Positions 47,121 through 59,772 of a stretch of 64,000 nucleotides of DNA are shown one piece after another. The position numbers and the translations under genes are program-made. Numbering within the stretch: position 1 is the first letter of the stretch; every line of letters starts with the position of its first letter. Below the pieces are notes generated by a model that worked only from the letters and a program-made list of their open reading frames with translations, searched no databases and had not been told where the DNA came from. Source of the stretch: Rhizodiscina lignyota (Eukaryota); the NCBI GenBank assembly GCA_010015805.1, contig ML978128.1:1054001-1118000 (forward strand), read 5' to 3'.

Positions 47121-48802
47121 ATGAAACTGCTCGGTATTTTAATGGCTGGGCTCATTGCCAGTGTCAATGGCTTCGACTGTTCTGCCTCATTCTTCGCAAA
47201 ATACGTGAACAGCAGTGCCAAGGTCACTTCTGCGGAAACACTCCCGGCTGGCTCGACTTACCATGTTCCAGCCTCTGACCTAGGGTTTCCAGACTCACCG
47301 ACGAATCTTCCAGCACTTTGCGTTGTGCACGTCGAAGTAACACCGGTTCCAAGCGCTCCATACAACTTTGCGATCTTCCTACCACATGATTGGAATGGCC
47401 GTACAGTCACCGTTGGCGGGTGGGAATTTGCAGGCGGCATTCCGTACGCTGACATAGGAGTCGGAGTCCGGTATGGCTTCGCATCCATCGGTACAGATTT
47501 CGGCCACCTGAGCATTCCATCGGATGGACGCTGGGCGTATCATCAGCCCGAAAAGGCGAGCAATTGGGGCTGGCGAGCCGTTCACGGTTCAGCGACTATG
47601 GGGAAAGACCTGGTCGAAGCGTTTTACGGCAAGAAGGTCAGCTACAGATACTTCTCCGGCTGCTCGACCGGTGGACGGCATGGATTCAAGTCCGCTCAAA
47701 TGTTTCCTGATGACTTCGATGGAATCTTAGCTGGGGCTCCGGCATGGTGGGAGGACCGTCTCGCGATCCAACATGGTTGGATGTCTATTGAGAACTTGCC
47801 CATTGACGCTCCGCATCACATGTCGGCGGCGATGTATCCAGTCATCGGCGCGGAAGCAGTCAGACAGTGCGATCCGCAAGATGGCCTAAAAGACGGCATC
47901 ATATCAGATCCGTTTCGGTGCGATTTCCGACTTGAAGCGCTCCTATGTGGACCCGATGTCAAGAACAGCACCGCCAGCAAATGTCTAACATCCGCTCAGT
48001 TGACGACATTGTACAAATGGTACAACAATTGGGTTGAGAAAAACCAGACGTTCATCTTCCCCCATTTCGAATTTGGAAGTGAGGCTCAGTGGAGTGGAAC
48101 TATTCCGGATACCGCACCATCATCACTTATGCTAAATTGGATGCAGTACATGATAGGTCTCGGGCCGGATTGGGATTGGCAGAAGGACTGGAATACGGAC
48201 CTTGTGTTCTATTCCGAGAGATACAATCCAGGGCAGTGCCAGGCAGATGATTTCGACATGTCGCCTTTCTACAAAACAGGCGCGAAGATCCTACAGTACC
48301 ATGGATACGCGGATGGCCTGATTCCAACAAGAAGCAGTGTCTACTTGTATGAGCATATCTATCGGACACTATATCCGAAGGGAATCGATTTGGATAATTT
48401 CTATCGCATGTTCTTCGTACCTGGCATGCAGTAAGCATTGGAACCTCCATACTCCGTCTCCCAACCCACTAACGTCAGGTCAGGCATTGCTTCGGCACTC
48501 CACCGAATCAAAATGCTCCTTGGTACTTTGCGGGAGCGAGACAAGCCAATAGTCTTAGCGACAGCTTGCACAGCGTGCCTGGCTACTCTGATCCGAAGCA
48601 CGACGTCTTGCTGGCCCTCGTGGATTGGGTAGAGAATGGAAAGGCGCCGACGGAGATCATTGCAACCAAATGGCATAACGATACCCTGCAAGACTCCGTC
48701 ACGCGCCAGCGTCCGCTGTGCATGTATCCCAAACAGGCGAAGTATAAGGGCTCTGGAGACCCAGATAAGCCAGAGAACTGGGAGTGCAAAGGCCTCTACT
48801 GA
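47121..48802 (+). CDS. Secreted tannase / feruloyl esterase
   Basis: Signal peptide; YFSGCSTGGR nucleophile motif, FDGILAGAPA, YHGYADGLIP, FFVPGMQHC across the intron, RPLCMYP. Confidence 0.93.
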
Positions 48803-49517
48803 GTGTGGACTTGAGAAGTCGCTAGGGCGTTGGAATTGAAAATGACAAGTCCTACGACTCGATGAAATAACGGGCACAAAAAGGCGATATCGATACAAAC
48901 AAATGAAATAAACTTTCACGAGATTGTAGTGCTCTCATTCGCATCTCGAGGTTGTGTCGTGAGGCTTTCGATCAACAATCACCTTGCCGAGAATTTGCCG
49001 ACGAACGTACCTGCAACATGAAGGCTTCAGTTCATCTTGTCTGGTAGCGCTTACATGCTCAATCAAATAGAGCTTAGCTTCTCGAAGCATGAATCAATGT
49101 TGGCAGCTGGCAGCAACATGGAAACCTGCCGAACGGCATTGCTCGGTGATTGGGGGCTCTGTCTCGCCGATGACGTTGGCGTAGGCGCTGGAAAGGGGCT
49201 TGCTGTCCAGCACATGCAGGATTATTGCTGTGCCCCAAGGTTGGCAAGTATCCACGTTTGATGAGGAAGCATGCGAGGCTCAGCAATCTACCTACTGTGT
49301 TTCTTTGTTACTATGTACGTTCCTTGCCTAAAGCCGTGCGCTGTGCAACGTCGTTCCGCATCTTCAAGTTTTCTGCACCTCTGAGATTAGAGTTACTTTC
49401 TCCTACGACGCATAGTCTCTCCTTTTGTCACTTTGCAGGTGATTGTCCTAATCTGTCGGTTGTCACTCGAATGCCTGCTCCAGGCAAGCCCGGTTAAGGG
49501 CACATCTTGATGAGGGC

Positions 49518-51116
49518 ATGGCTCCACCGCTGCGCTCAATCGGGAAGCTTTGCGCCTACACCGCACTCGTCTTGATAATTTCTGGCCTCTTCCTGAACTA
49601 TGGTATTGATACAAAACTTATTCGGGGTCATTTTCAGAAGGATAAGTTGGTCGATCAATCCTCGTCGCCGGCTCCCGAGAAATTGGATTCGCTGCACAGT
49701 AAACCGCCAGGAAACACTTTACAAGGCTCGGGAAACAAGGTCGGGAAGACGGATTGGACTGTCGCTGCTGGAAATTATGCCGACGACTACAGCTTAAATT
49801 CTCAGCGATGCGCAGCTACATTTCCTGATTTGTTCAAGGAAATAAAAAGAGCATCTGCGTATTGGAAGCAGCTAAAGATTTCGATTAGTGACTTGGACAA
49901 CTCGTGGGCATCAGAAGGGGTTGTCCGCGCTCTCATCTTTGACGGACGGGTATGTGAAGGTCTCAATGCTCGTAGTATTACACTCACTAATTTTAATCAG
50001 CTGTACATTCTGGAAACAAAATTCTCTGGCGCGGGATATAACATTCACCGCTCACTTGCGATTCTTAGCTCGATCCATCGAGCTATTGGCTCCTCTACTG
50101 ATCCAATTCCGAACGTCGAATTCTCCTTCTCAGTCAGCGACATTGCCGATTCTGAGCACAAAGGTTCTGGTAGGCCGATATGGACTTTCTCAAGACGCGC
50201 GGAGGATGAACACCAGTGGCTAATGCCCGATTTTGGATTCTGGAGCTGGGGTCTAGATCTTGTTGGAGAATACACTCAAATTCGCAATCAGATATCCCAA
50301 AGCGAGAATACCTTCTCGGACAAGTTATCCAAAGCTGTCTGGCGAGGTACTGAAAACAGTCAAGTGCGGAAGGACCTGATCAAAGTCACGAAGCCCTTTA
50401 GACAGACTTGGGCGGACATTCAGTCAATCACATGGTCAGGTCGCATAAAACTTTCATCTAATTCGAAATTGAAGGCATTATCTATCCCGGAGCACTGCAA
50501 TTGGAAGTTCCTGATTCACACAGAAGGTATTTATTTGCCGTAGATAGCCATATATTGTTTGGCGACAAGACTTGCTAACTCATCTGCGAAGGTGTCAGCT
50601 ACTCTGGCCGCGGCAAATACCTTCTCAACTGCCACTCCGTCTTTGTAGCCCATGAACTCGAATGGATCGAAAACTGGCATCAGTTTCTTGTTTCTGATGG
50701 CCCAAATCAGAACTACGTCCGGGTCAAACGCGACTTCTCTGACCTCCCAGATAAGATGCGATTCCTCTTAGACCACCCCGTGCTAGCCGAGCGCATCGCA
50801 AACAACAGCGTCACGACATTCCGTGATGGGTACCTGACCCCGGCGGCTCAGGCGTGCTACTGGCGGGAGATGCTCCGGGCATGGAGGGATGTCAGTTTTG
50901 AGCCAGAGTTGTGGGAAGAGGTGGAAGCTTTAAACGAGGCTGGTCAATCAACCGACCCACAGTGGAGGATGAGGGGCATCCCTTATGAGACCTTCGTGTA
51001 TGTTCAGTCTTGACATTATTCGCGCAGGCGCTGACAGACTGTTTCCTAGGTTGACGGCGTTTGACGACTTGTACGATGGATGCGGCTGGTTCAAGAAATT
51101 GATTGGCTCTTGCTAG
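49518..51116 (+). CDS. Glycosyltransferase family 90 (CAP10/KDELC-like), type II membrane protein
   Basis: N-terminal TM; WLMPDFGFWSW, KAVWRG, EHC.WKFLIHTEG-VSYSGRGKYLLNC, TPAAQACYW; three introns. Confidence 0.88.
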
Positions 51117-51685
51117 GTGGAAAGCGGCGGAGAGAAGCGCCGTAAACGTTTGAGCCTTGTGATACGAGACGGTGCGCGATGCTGAAGAGGGCTTTGAGAG
51201 TTTGCCTTATCGTCTAAGGTGCTTCGTTGCGATTGTTTGTCGCTTGTTACGCGACGCTGAGGATATCACAGTACTCAGACGACCTACTCTGCGGCCACCT
51301 GCTATTTGCAGATCTGCACCTACGATGATTTGCACATAATTAGCCTATGTTTTCTTTTTCTCTGGAGCCACGGGCACGTTCTGGGTACCGCAAGGCTGGT
51401 CTGAAACCCAGACTGCTCCGCGACCTGGTCGGAGGCTTGATGCCAAGCAAAATCCTCAACGTCGAGACAGTATATCGAACATTTCGACAGATGCGCGATT
51501 TTCGAAGATGAACGTGAATAATCGAAAACTCTAAGAACTCTAGCATTTCCAAGTTTATCTCCCTTGGATTCGTGGCGTCTCCTGCCTCCTGGCGTGGGGT
51601 TTCACCCACTTGAGGTGGGAATACATATAGACCTTACTTTCTTCCGCACAATATCTCAGCCTAATGTTACCGAAATATACCCAAT

Positions 51686-52632
51686 ATGCGCTTATTTCTG
51701 TTGCTTTTCTTCCTTGTCATACGCGCACTCACAATTACTGCTCAGAACTCTGAAACCCGAACGTGCTACCTGCCTGATGGAACCGCCATCGGTCCGGGAG
51801 CATCACCATGCAATACCTCCTTGAAAAATGCCGCTTGCTGCGCGACAGGAGAGACTTGGTCCGCAACTCCTCCAGCCTCATCGACATCGGTCGACAGCTT
51901 GCTGACTTTGCGTTCAACAGTATCTCGAACGGTCTCTGCTTCGGCTCGGAGGTGGGCATGATGTACCGAGGTGGCTGCACGGATCAGTCCTGGGAAGATT
52001 CGGTGTGCCCACAAGTCTGTCAAGGCTGTAAGTTTGCCGAGCAACTTCAGATGGCCACTCAGGAGCTGACCGTCGAAATAGACCGCACCTCCGGGTGGGC
52101 GAATATATGGAAGTGTCCCATGCCTTACGAACAAGACCAGTACTGGTGTGGTGACGATAGCAGCACACTCTGCGAAAACGATACCTTCTCGTACCCAATG
52201 GGGAGCATACAGAGTATTGCTGGCGAGGCTGACATGGCGGTGAATGCGAATGCATCCGCCAGCTGTGATACAGAGAGTGGGGCTCGGTGTCCTCAGGATA
52301 TGACTTCGAGTAGAGTGTTGGTTGGTGTAGATATGGGCATTGGTATTCCCCTCGTAATTATGGTCGTGGGGTTTGGGTCCCTGTTCGTCGGGGAGAGGAA
52401 AAAGCGAAAAGAGATTGAGAAGACATTAAGATATATGAGCAGAAGCAGGTCAAATTCGGAAGAAGCAAAAGTGGAAAAGGCGATAGCCACCGAAAGAGTA
52501 TACGAACTAGACACTGAGCGTGTACATGAAATCGATGGTCTGGCGAGATCTGAGATTCCGTCTTCGGGAGGAGCTGGAAGGTGGAGCATTAGTAGAGCGC
52601 CTAGAGATGAGCATAGCCGGCAATATAGATAA
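51686..52632 (+). CDS. Signal-peptide, Cys-rich ectodomain, single-TM protein (Mid2-like architecture)
   Basis: CYLPDG..CN..ACC..ETC-ISNGLC..YRGGCTDQSW..CPQVC; TM GMGIGIPLV followed by RKKRK; introns 51859-51920 and 52028-52081. Confidence 0.8.
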
Positions 52633-53828
52633 TCTGCTAGACTAGCAGACTATCCAACCTTCGTTTTAATGCGCAAGGCCGCGTAACGGGGCAGTTGGAT
52701 AGACTTCTACTCCGTATTAGACGACTGAAATGAATGAAATGTCGCGAATCACTCTTGGAGACTGTAGCTTTACGGAGCATTGGAACCATAATGGGATTCA
52801 GCTTCAACCGGTACGCAAGAAAATCGGAGCCGTTGTACGAATATGTATACGTATACTCTTGCTACATAATAGATTGAGTTGAAGAAAGTAAGGAAGCAAC
52901 GAAGCCCTTCAAATGGTAAAGGCGTAGATCGCAAGGCTAGCTCGAAAGGGATTAGAGTAGATCCTCAACTGTGCGCTCGGAACTTCATCCCATCACAGGG
53001 CTGAAAGTGAAACGCATCGCTCGATGATAGCGCGCCACCAATTGATCTTTGAGTATTATAAGAGGTCTGAGATGGCTTAAGTCGCCAGTTTATGGTGCTT
53101 TCCCTCTCAGGCCTCAGCCTTGGGTCGCCAGTGCCTTGTTCACCCCTTTCGTAGGGCTGACACGTTTCGCGGACTCCGGCGATTAATGGTTCACATGATG
53201 GATTAACAGTACATCTGTTTTGCTATCATCTGGCCATCGGCGACGAATTATACACGCTTATAGAGACACCGGTCGCTCACTCTCTGGGCCGCTTCACGTT
53301 CTTGTCGATTTCCAGAGGCTGAGATATGAAGGGTGATTAAGGCATCAATTTCGCCTGTCGACTTGTGTTGAACAGTCATTGATCCAACTACTTCATATGA
53401 TTTGGCGTAGCTGGGAGGAGATAGCTCAAAATCCCACCGGAAAAGAATAAGCCTCGCGCTGTGCGCGCACAGCATGCTGCAATCCAGCCTTGCTAACGAG
53501 AGAATTTCACCCCGCCATGCTCAGGTACGAGAGAGGTTATAACGTCAACTAAGCCCAGGTCCCTCACTAACAACAGCTTACACAGCGTTCTACCAAATAA
53601 AGTCCCAAATTGGTTGATTATTTGGTGGCGCGGGGTTCGACCAACGTCAGCGTCTTCCAGAATCGTTCTAGAACTACAAGTGAACTCAGAACAGGAGTCA
53701 CCCTATTAGGTACGAGCGTCACCTTAGATTTCACACTCGCAACTATTCTAACACTGAGATTCCATCACAAGGGGAACCAAGCCATTGAACTTCTTTCACA
53801 TTACCATTCCATGCATCGGTTTCTCAAA

Positions 53829-55227
53829 ATGTCCGGACACAAACGACGACGAGAGACCCCTCCCGAAGGGAGAATCCGACACCCGTTCGCGCACCCACAC
53901 CTATCACCTACTGAAACAGATCCGTTGCCAAGACGGGAACCTGAAATAGCGATGGGCTCCTTCTCCAGTACTGAGGTCAACGCTGGCCAGCCCATGAACA
54001 CGCCTGAGGCGCAAAACATGACACCTGCTGCGGAGGACCTCAACTTTGAATCCAGCGCACCAACCCTGGGCACTATCGACAACCCTATTTCCCTTGACGA
54101 TGAATCCGAATATGCACACGAAGGCCTCCCTCCAGTAAGCCGCGACCCGCCACCTCCTTACGTTTCCAGTGATGGACAGCCGAGCATCGGTAGCAGCAGC
54201 AGTTCCGCACATGTGTCATTTCACTCTGCAGTATCTTCAATTGCCAATGAAGAGGGGCAAGATGACTTTCTATTAGCAGTTCGACTACAAGAAGAGGAGG
54301 CTCAGCAGCACAGGACTGCAACTGTCGAAGACGCTGATTACGCCCTTGCTCAACTAATTCAAAACCAATACGATGAAGAACAAGAATTCACAAACCGTGA
54401 TGAGGACGTTGCAATGGCCTTCCAGGACGAGGAAGAGCAGCGACGACTACGGGAATCCCGACCCGAGGAACGTACTTGCGCCATATGTAGCGAAGAACTG
54501 CACCCACTGGAGTTCCCAGCGAAGCCGCCAACATCAGAATGCACACACAAGGTCAACACTTGTAGCCACTGTCTTGAGAAATGGGTGGCAGCCGATCTCG
54601 AAGGGCGAGGCTGGCAACACGTCTCCTGCCCTGAGTGCCGCCGACCCTTCTCACACGCCGACATGAAGCGGGCTGCTAACGACGACACCTTTGAGCGCTA
54701 CGATAAGCTTTCCGCGCGCGCAGTCGTGGGCGACATCCAAAACTTCCACTGGTGTGTCGCTGCCGGCTGCGGCTCAGGCCAAGTCCACGAAGGCGACGAG
54801 AACGGCGAGAACCCCATTTTCGATTGCGGGCAGTGCGGGCACAGGCAGTGCGTGAAGCACAAGGTTGCATGGCATGAGAACGAGACGTGCGACGAGTACG
54901 ATTACCGGATCAGCGGGAATCGGCAGAGAGACCAGGAGAACCAGGCGAGCGAAGAGACAGCGGCCAGGACGACACAGATTTGCCCGAACCAGAGGTGCAA
55001 GTCGAGGATTGAGAAGAGAAGTGGATGCGATCATATGACTTGTGAGTAATGACAAACTTGGGAGGTGAATGTACTAAGAGCAAGCAGGTTCCCGTTGTAA
55101 GGCTGAGTTCTGTTTTGTGTGCGGAGTGGATTTTAGGGACATTAGGAGACAGGGAGCGGGCGCACACAGGAGCCATTGCTCATACTACACTGGTGGTGCA
55201 CATAGAGGAGCACAATATCCCCATTGA
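53829..55227 (+). CDS. Second RBR E3 ubiquitin ligase
   Basis: CAIC..C.H..C..C..CPEC RING1; WC..GC..C..C..C..H..WH IBR; CP..C..RSGCDHMTCSRC.AEFC RING2 via intron 55042-55087. Confidence 0.88.
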
Positions 55228-57807
55228 AGGAATCAGATACTATAAATCGAGGCTGTGATATATCATATATCGAAGTAATATGAGGCAAATCCACTTCAAT
55301 CAATACAAGTCGCGCTCAACGAAGCTGTGCATTCTCAATATCCACTGTCCGAATCGAGTTCAACAAAGTTTTCGGAGATACTTTACTGATGTTGACGGGT
55401 CGGATTCGTTCGAATTGCGCCATTCCGACATTCCTCTGGCTCGGCAATTTGGTCACTCTGAGGCCAACTTAAATAAAACTCGCGGTATTGTCACCGACTG
55501 GGCTCTTTGGGAACTCCCCAAGGTGGATAGAAAGCGGCACCGAAACGTCGCGATCAAGTGGTTCCAATGTTTCCATTCGGTAGCCCTTAGTCTGTCTCAA
55601 GTTAGCAGGAACGCGTATGCCATACTAACCCGTGTGTTTGGGGCCGAATAAATCCGCTTCCAGTTGCCTCTCATAGAGTGCAAAGATCAGAAACGATACG
55701 TGAAATAGATATATGAAGCTGGATTCCAAGTCCTACTCTGCGTGTCGGGACTCCGGGTCTAACCGAATACACGCTTCGACAATAGACGGCAAATAGGAAC
55801 CTACAAGATCTTCAAGGTAACACCGCATCTCTATACATAGCCGCAAAAGACTGGAAGAAGCTTCTTAGTGTACTAAATGTCATTTCTGCACTCAAGTCCT
55901 GCTCCTGATATCTATGCCCCACGTCATGTCCGAATACATCCAAACGATCGGCGGGAAACGGAGTCCTGGAGGATCTTCAAGATCGGGTTTTGGACAGTCA
56001 AAAAAGAAAGAAAATAGGAAAGAGACACCTTTGTGTATTAAACGCCATTTCTGCACGCAAAGCACTTTAGCGGTGACCGTATGCTGTGCAAGCAATCCCG
56101 TTGATGAACCAAGTCAATTGATACATCGAGACCGTACGAGCACCGTACCTTCGGGCTTAGGCAGCAACATTTCGAGAGCATAACGTTCATCTCAGAAACA
56201 ATGCGGTACCGTCCCTCCTTTTCTAGGTGATACGGTCTCTTAGACTCTTATACATGGCCTCCGTAATCCAAGTTCGACGTGTGCCAGGGAGTGACCCGAG
56301 ACCCTGCATAAAACGCCGAAGCAAATCTGACGGCTCAGATCAAAGTCCAGGGATGCTTCCAACATGCCGGCCAAATGTTCCAAGTTTCGCAAGCGTTGCG
56401 ATGCCAGAGCGAGCAATGTCAAATCGCCTCCCTACACCACGAATCTGCCGTGGAACGGTGCCCTGGCTGTAGCGTGCGGTAGCGTGCACTCGCCACACTC
56501 GACCGCGAAACAATGTCGAAAGGAAGACGTCATGCAATGATGGTGTATCTCCGACTAATCAAGCGGCTGTTCACAGGTTAGCTCACGCGGCAGCTGTGCG
56601 CGAATGAACAGTGGGATCAGAGTCCGAGACTCGAGTTGCTAGTGAGCAGATGAAGGCCAGGCGTGGGACGAAGCGCTCGTGATTCCGCCGGGGCGGCATG
56701 AGACTGTCTCTCTCTGACGAGAGCGGTACCTGTACCTCCGTGGATTGCCTGAAAGTGCAGTATCAGCAGCAGAGGACACAGCCTCACAAGAATTGAGGCC
56801 CTCGGTGTCTTTCTGTCTCTGCTGCATGCTCACGAGAAGCGATCCTACCGCTGATTTTGTAGGTTGTCGCTGAGGAACTCTGAGACGTCCTTCCTGAAGC
56901 AGCATGGATGGAGATGATGAGTTGGCCGATGCGGTACGCAAGCAAGGTTCATCGGCGGAACAGGCAAGATGATTAAATTTGGCTGCCAATAGCGTTCGCT
57001 TGATCTGGGAATTGCAAAAAGGCGCATGACGGAGCGGAAGGAAAGCGACGTGCTCGCAATTTCACGCAGCCCTGCAGCTCTCAATGGGCCGATAGGAGAT
57101 GGATGTGAAGATTGATGGCACAATTGAACAGTTGCTGAGCTCTTGTTTGCGCTGCTCGTCACGACTGCGTTCGGCGAGGCGGTGCTGTGTGTCCAACTCT
57201 TACTCGCACTGTGCGCGATGCCGCATGTTTGCTAGCACTTGCAGCAGCGAGCGCGCCGCTTCCAAGGTTGCCCTCTAGCCCTCCCGCGCCCACCACCAAT
57301 CACGCCCGCCACACCCCGTCGCTGCCCCTGCGACTCTTGTAACGAACTAGAAGACGCACTTGTTTATGTATCCGCCCAATTTACCCAAAGCCTGAGAGGC
57401 TCAGCCGCATCCTACCACCTACCTATCCTCCACCACTTACGCACCTCACGCCTGCAGCTCTTACCGGCGTGAGTGCTGCGCTTTCAATTCGAGGCGACGA
57501 TACCGACCGAGAGTCTGCGCTGGCAAGCTGCGACGGCGCGTCAATCTACCCCTGGGCACCACATCGGGGCGAGCGAGAACGACACAAGCACGGGAGAGCA
57601 GAAGGGGCCTGGGCACGAAATTGGACGGCGAGCTCGGCTACACACGTCAGGTCGACAACCTCTCTCTCTGCACAACTCAACTATCATCTTCCATCTTCTG
57701 CGCCGAGCGCAGATTCGCTGCGACCCGCATCATTGGACGCACGCATTACGCCGTGGAGCGGCCAACGGAGAGGTAGCAGGAGAGTGTAGTCGGAGGAGGA
57801 GGTCACA

Positions 57808-59050
57808 ATGGGGAAGACAGCTTATGGCAACTTCCACGACTTCTGTCGCGACTCGGGCAGCATCAATCCAACTATACCAGGTATGTCTACAGCTTTCTAA
57901 AGTGGACAGCCTCGAGATCTTATTGTGCTAAGCTAACTTCGATTGCTCGCAGTATGCAATGTAGGTTCACAATCACAAGCGCACGCGCTGCGATAGCAAG
58001 GTCGATCAATTTCTGACGTATACCTGTACAGCTCTTCAACGAATCGTCCTCTCGAGGAGGCTCTGGATACGGAGGCTGTAATTTGGTGGGCATATCATTG
58101 AGCCACGGGAGGCATCTTGCCAATCTAGGTTCGACCACTGCAACCGGCCTATTGGAAAGGTTTATGGGAAGCTGACATTCTGGGCAGGCTCAGTATTACT
58201 TTGCGGCATTGCGATTGCTATGTCATTATTTCTGATATGGCGATCCCAAGTCAAAAAAGCCGCTGTCGGACGAAGGCATGTGCATCGAAGCATGCTCCCT
58301 GCGCTTAAAGCCTTATGCTAACTAGTTGATGCTTGCAGAGAAATACAACTCTTCCTCCTCGGCTACATCGTCGTCGAAATTTGCGAAATCTTCACGGTCG
58401 GCGGCTTCCCCCTTCATGATGACGTGCGTCGCGGCTTCTCCGCCGTCCACATCGCCGCTGTCACCGCAACATCATGGATACTAATGCTCAATGGCATCGT
58501 GGGCTACCAAGTAATCGAAGACGGCACGCCCATGTCACTAGGCTTGATGCTGCTATCGAGCTTCCTGCTGTTCATCGGTACGGGGTACATCGCGCTCGAT
58601 ACTGGCTTCAGCTGGACAACATTCTGGGAGTCTTCGCTACAGGATCCTAATCAAAACTATGCTCTGTACACGCTTTATCAGTTGGTGCCACTGATATGCA
58701 TTGTGGTATTCTTTTTGCTGGAGACTTACCTGGTGCTCCGGATATTAGGCGAAAGAAGACCAATGAGTACGTTTGACAGCTCTTCGTCGCTCTGTATTCT
58801 TCTTCATTGAGATGAGATGATGTTAACGAATACAATAGTATACCTGATCGGCGCCGCCCTCCTCTTCGCAATCGGCCAAATCTTCCAATACGTCATATCC
58901 GTCCACCTATGCAACTCATCAAACGGCAAAATCAACGGCGGTCTCTTCGAGACGCTATTCACGTTAGGAGCAATCGCGATGGTGTGGGTGTTCTGGTCAA
59001 GCATTACGGAGGACGACTGGCCGATGCCTGGAAGCGGAGGGTATACTTGA
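57808..59050 (+). CDS. CHS7: Chitin synthase export chaperone
   Basis: GNFHDFCRDS..PVCNLF, AAVGRREIQLFLLGY, NGIVGYQVIEDGT, WSSITEDDW; five introns, including a GC-AG intron and an 8-nt exon. Confidence 0.93.
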
Positions 59051-59772
59051 GAGGGAATCATGCATGCGTGGTTTCTTGGTTGTCTTTTTATTCAGCATCT
59101 TCTTGAGAACAAAGGCAAGTTACGATTGTGATGTGGAATTTTTGGGTTTAATGGAACGGCTTCGAGAGCCGATTGGCTTGGGCAGGAAGGGATATCTTTC
59201 GGCACCTTATACCCGTTTGTCGGCTGCGAGAGAAAACAATGGACCGCAAGGGAAGCAGAGGGTCTATGTAGAGCTGGGAGCTCTGCGAAGAGAGGAGCAG
59301 TGATTGTGAGTTTGCCAGCCGCAGCGTTTGGGGAAGTTATTGGGGCCCTTCGAGTATGTGAGGAGACGAAGCATAGTTAGCTGTTCAGTCGAGAGCATTC
59401 AGCGTAGTATGACGAGCATGAATATAAGTTATAATTTCTGAAGCTACTATTTATTATTCACGTTCATGTTGAATGACGTATCCGGGGAAAGCTCGCAATC
59501 GCGTCTGCACCTCATTCCATCGCATGGCCTTTCACGTGCATGAGGAGCGCGAACCTTCACGTTGAACTTTCCCATTCACCTCACCCAGAGCAAATTCGCA
59601 AACCGGCATCTTGCAGCTTCCCCCGAACCTTCAAGACCGATTCACGTCCTCGCCATGACCTTATGATAGTGCGCGATCCACTCTTTTCGAAATTTCTCGC
59701 TGTCAACCTCGACCTTCTCACGCGACCTAAATCCTCCACAGCCATTGTATTCTCCCACACAACGCGAGCATC

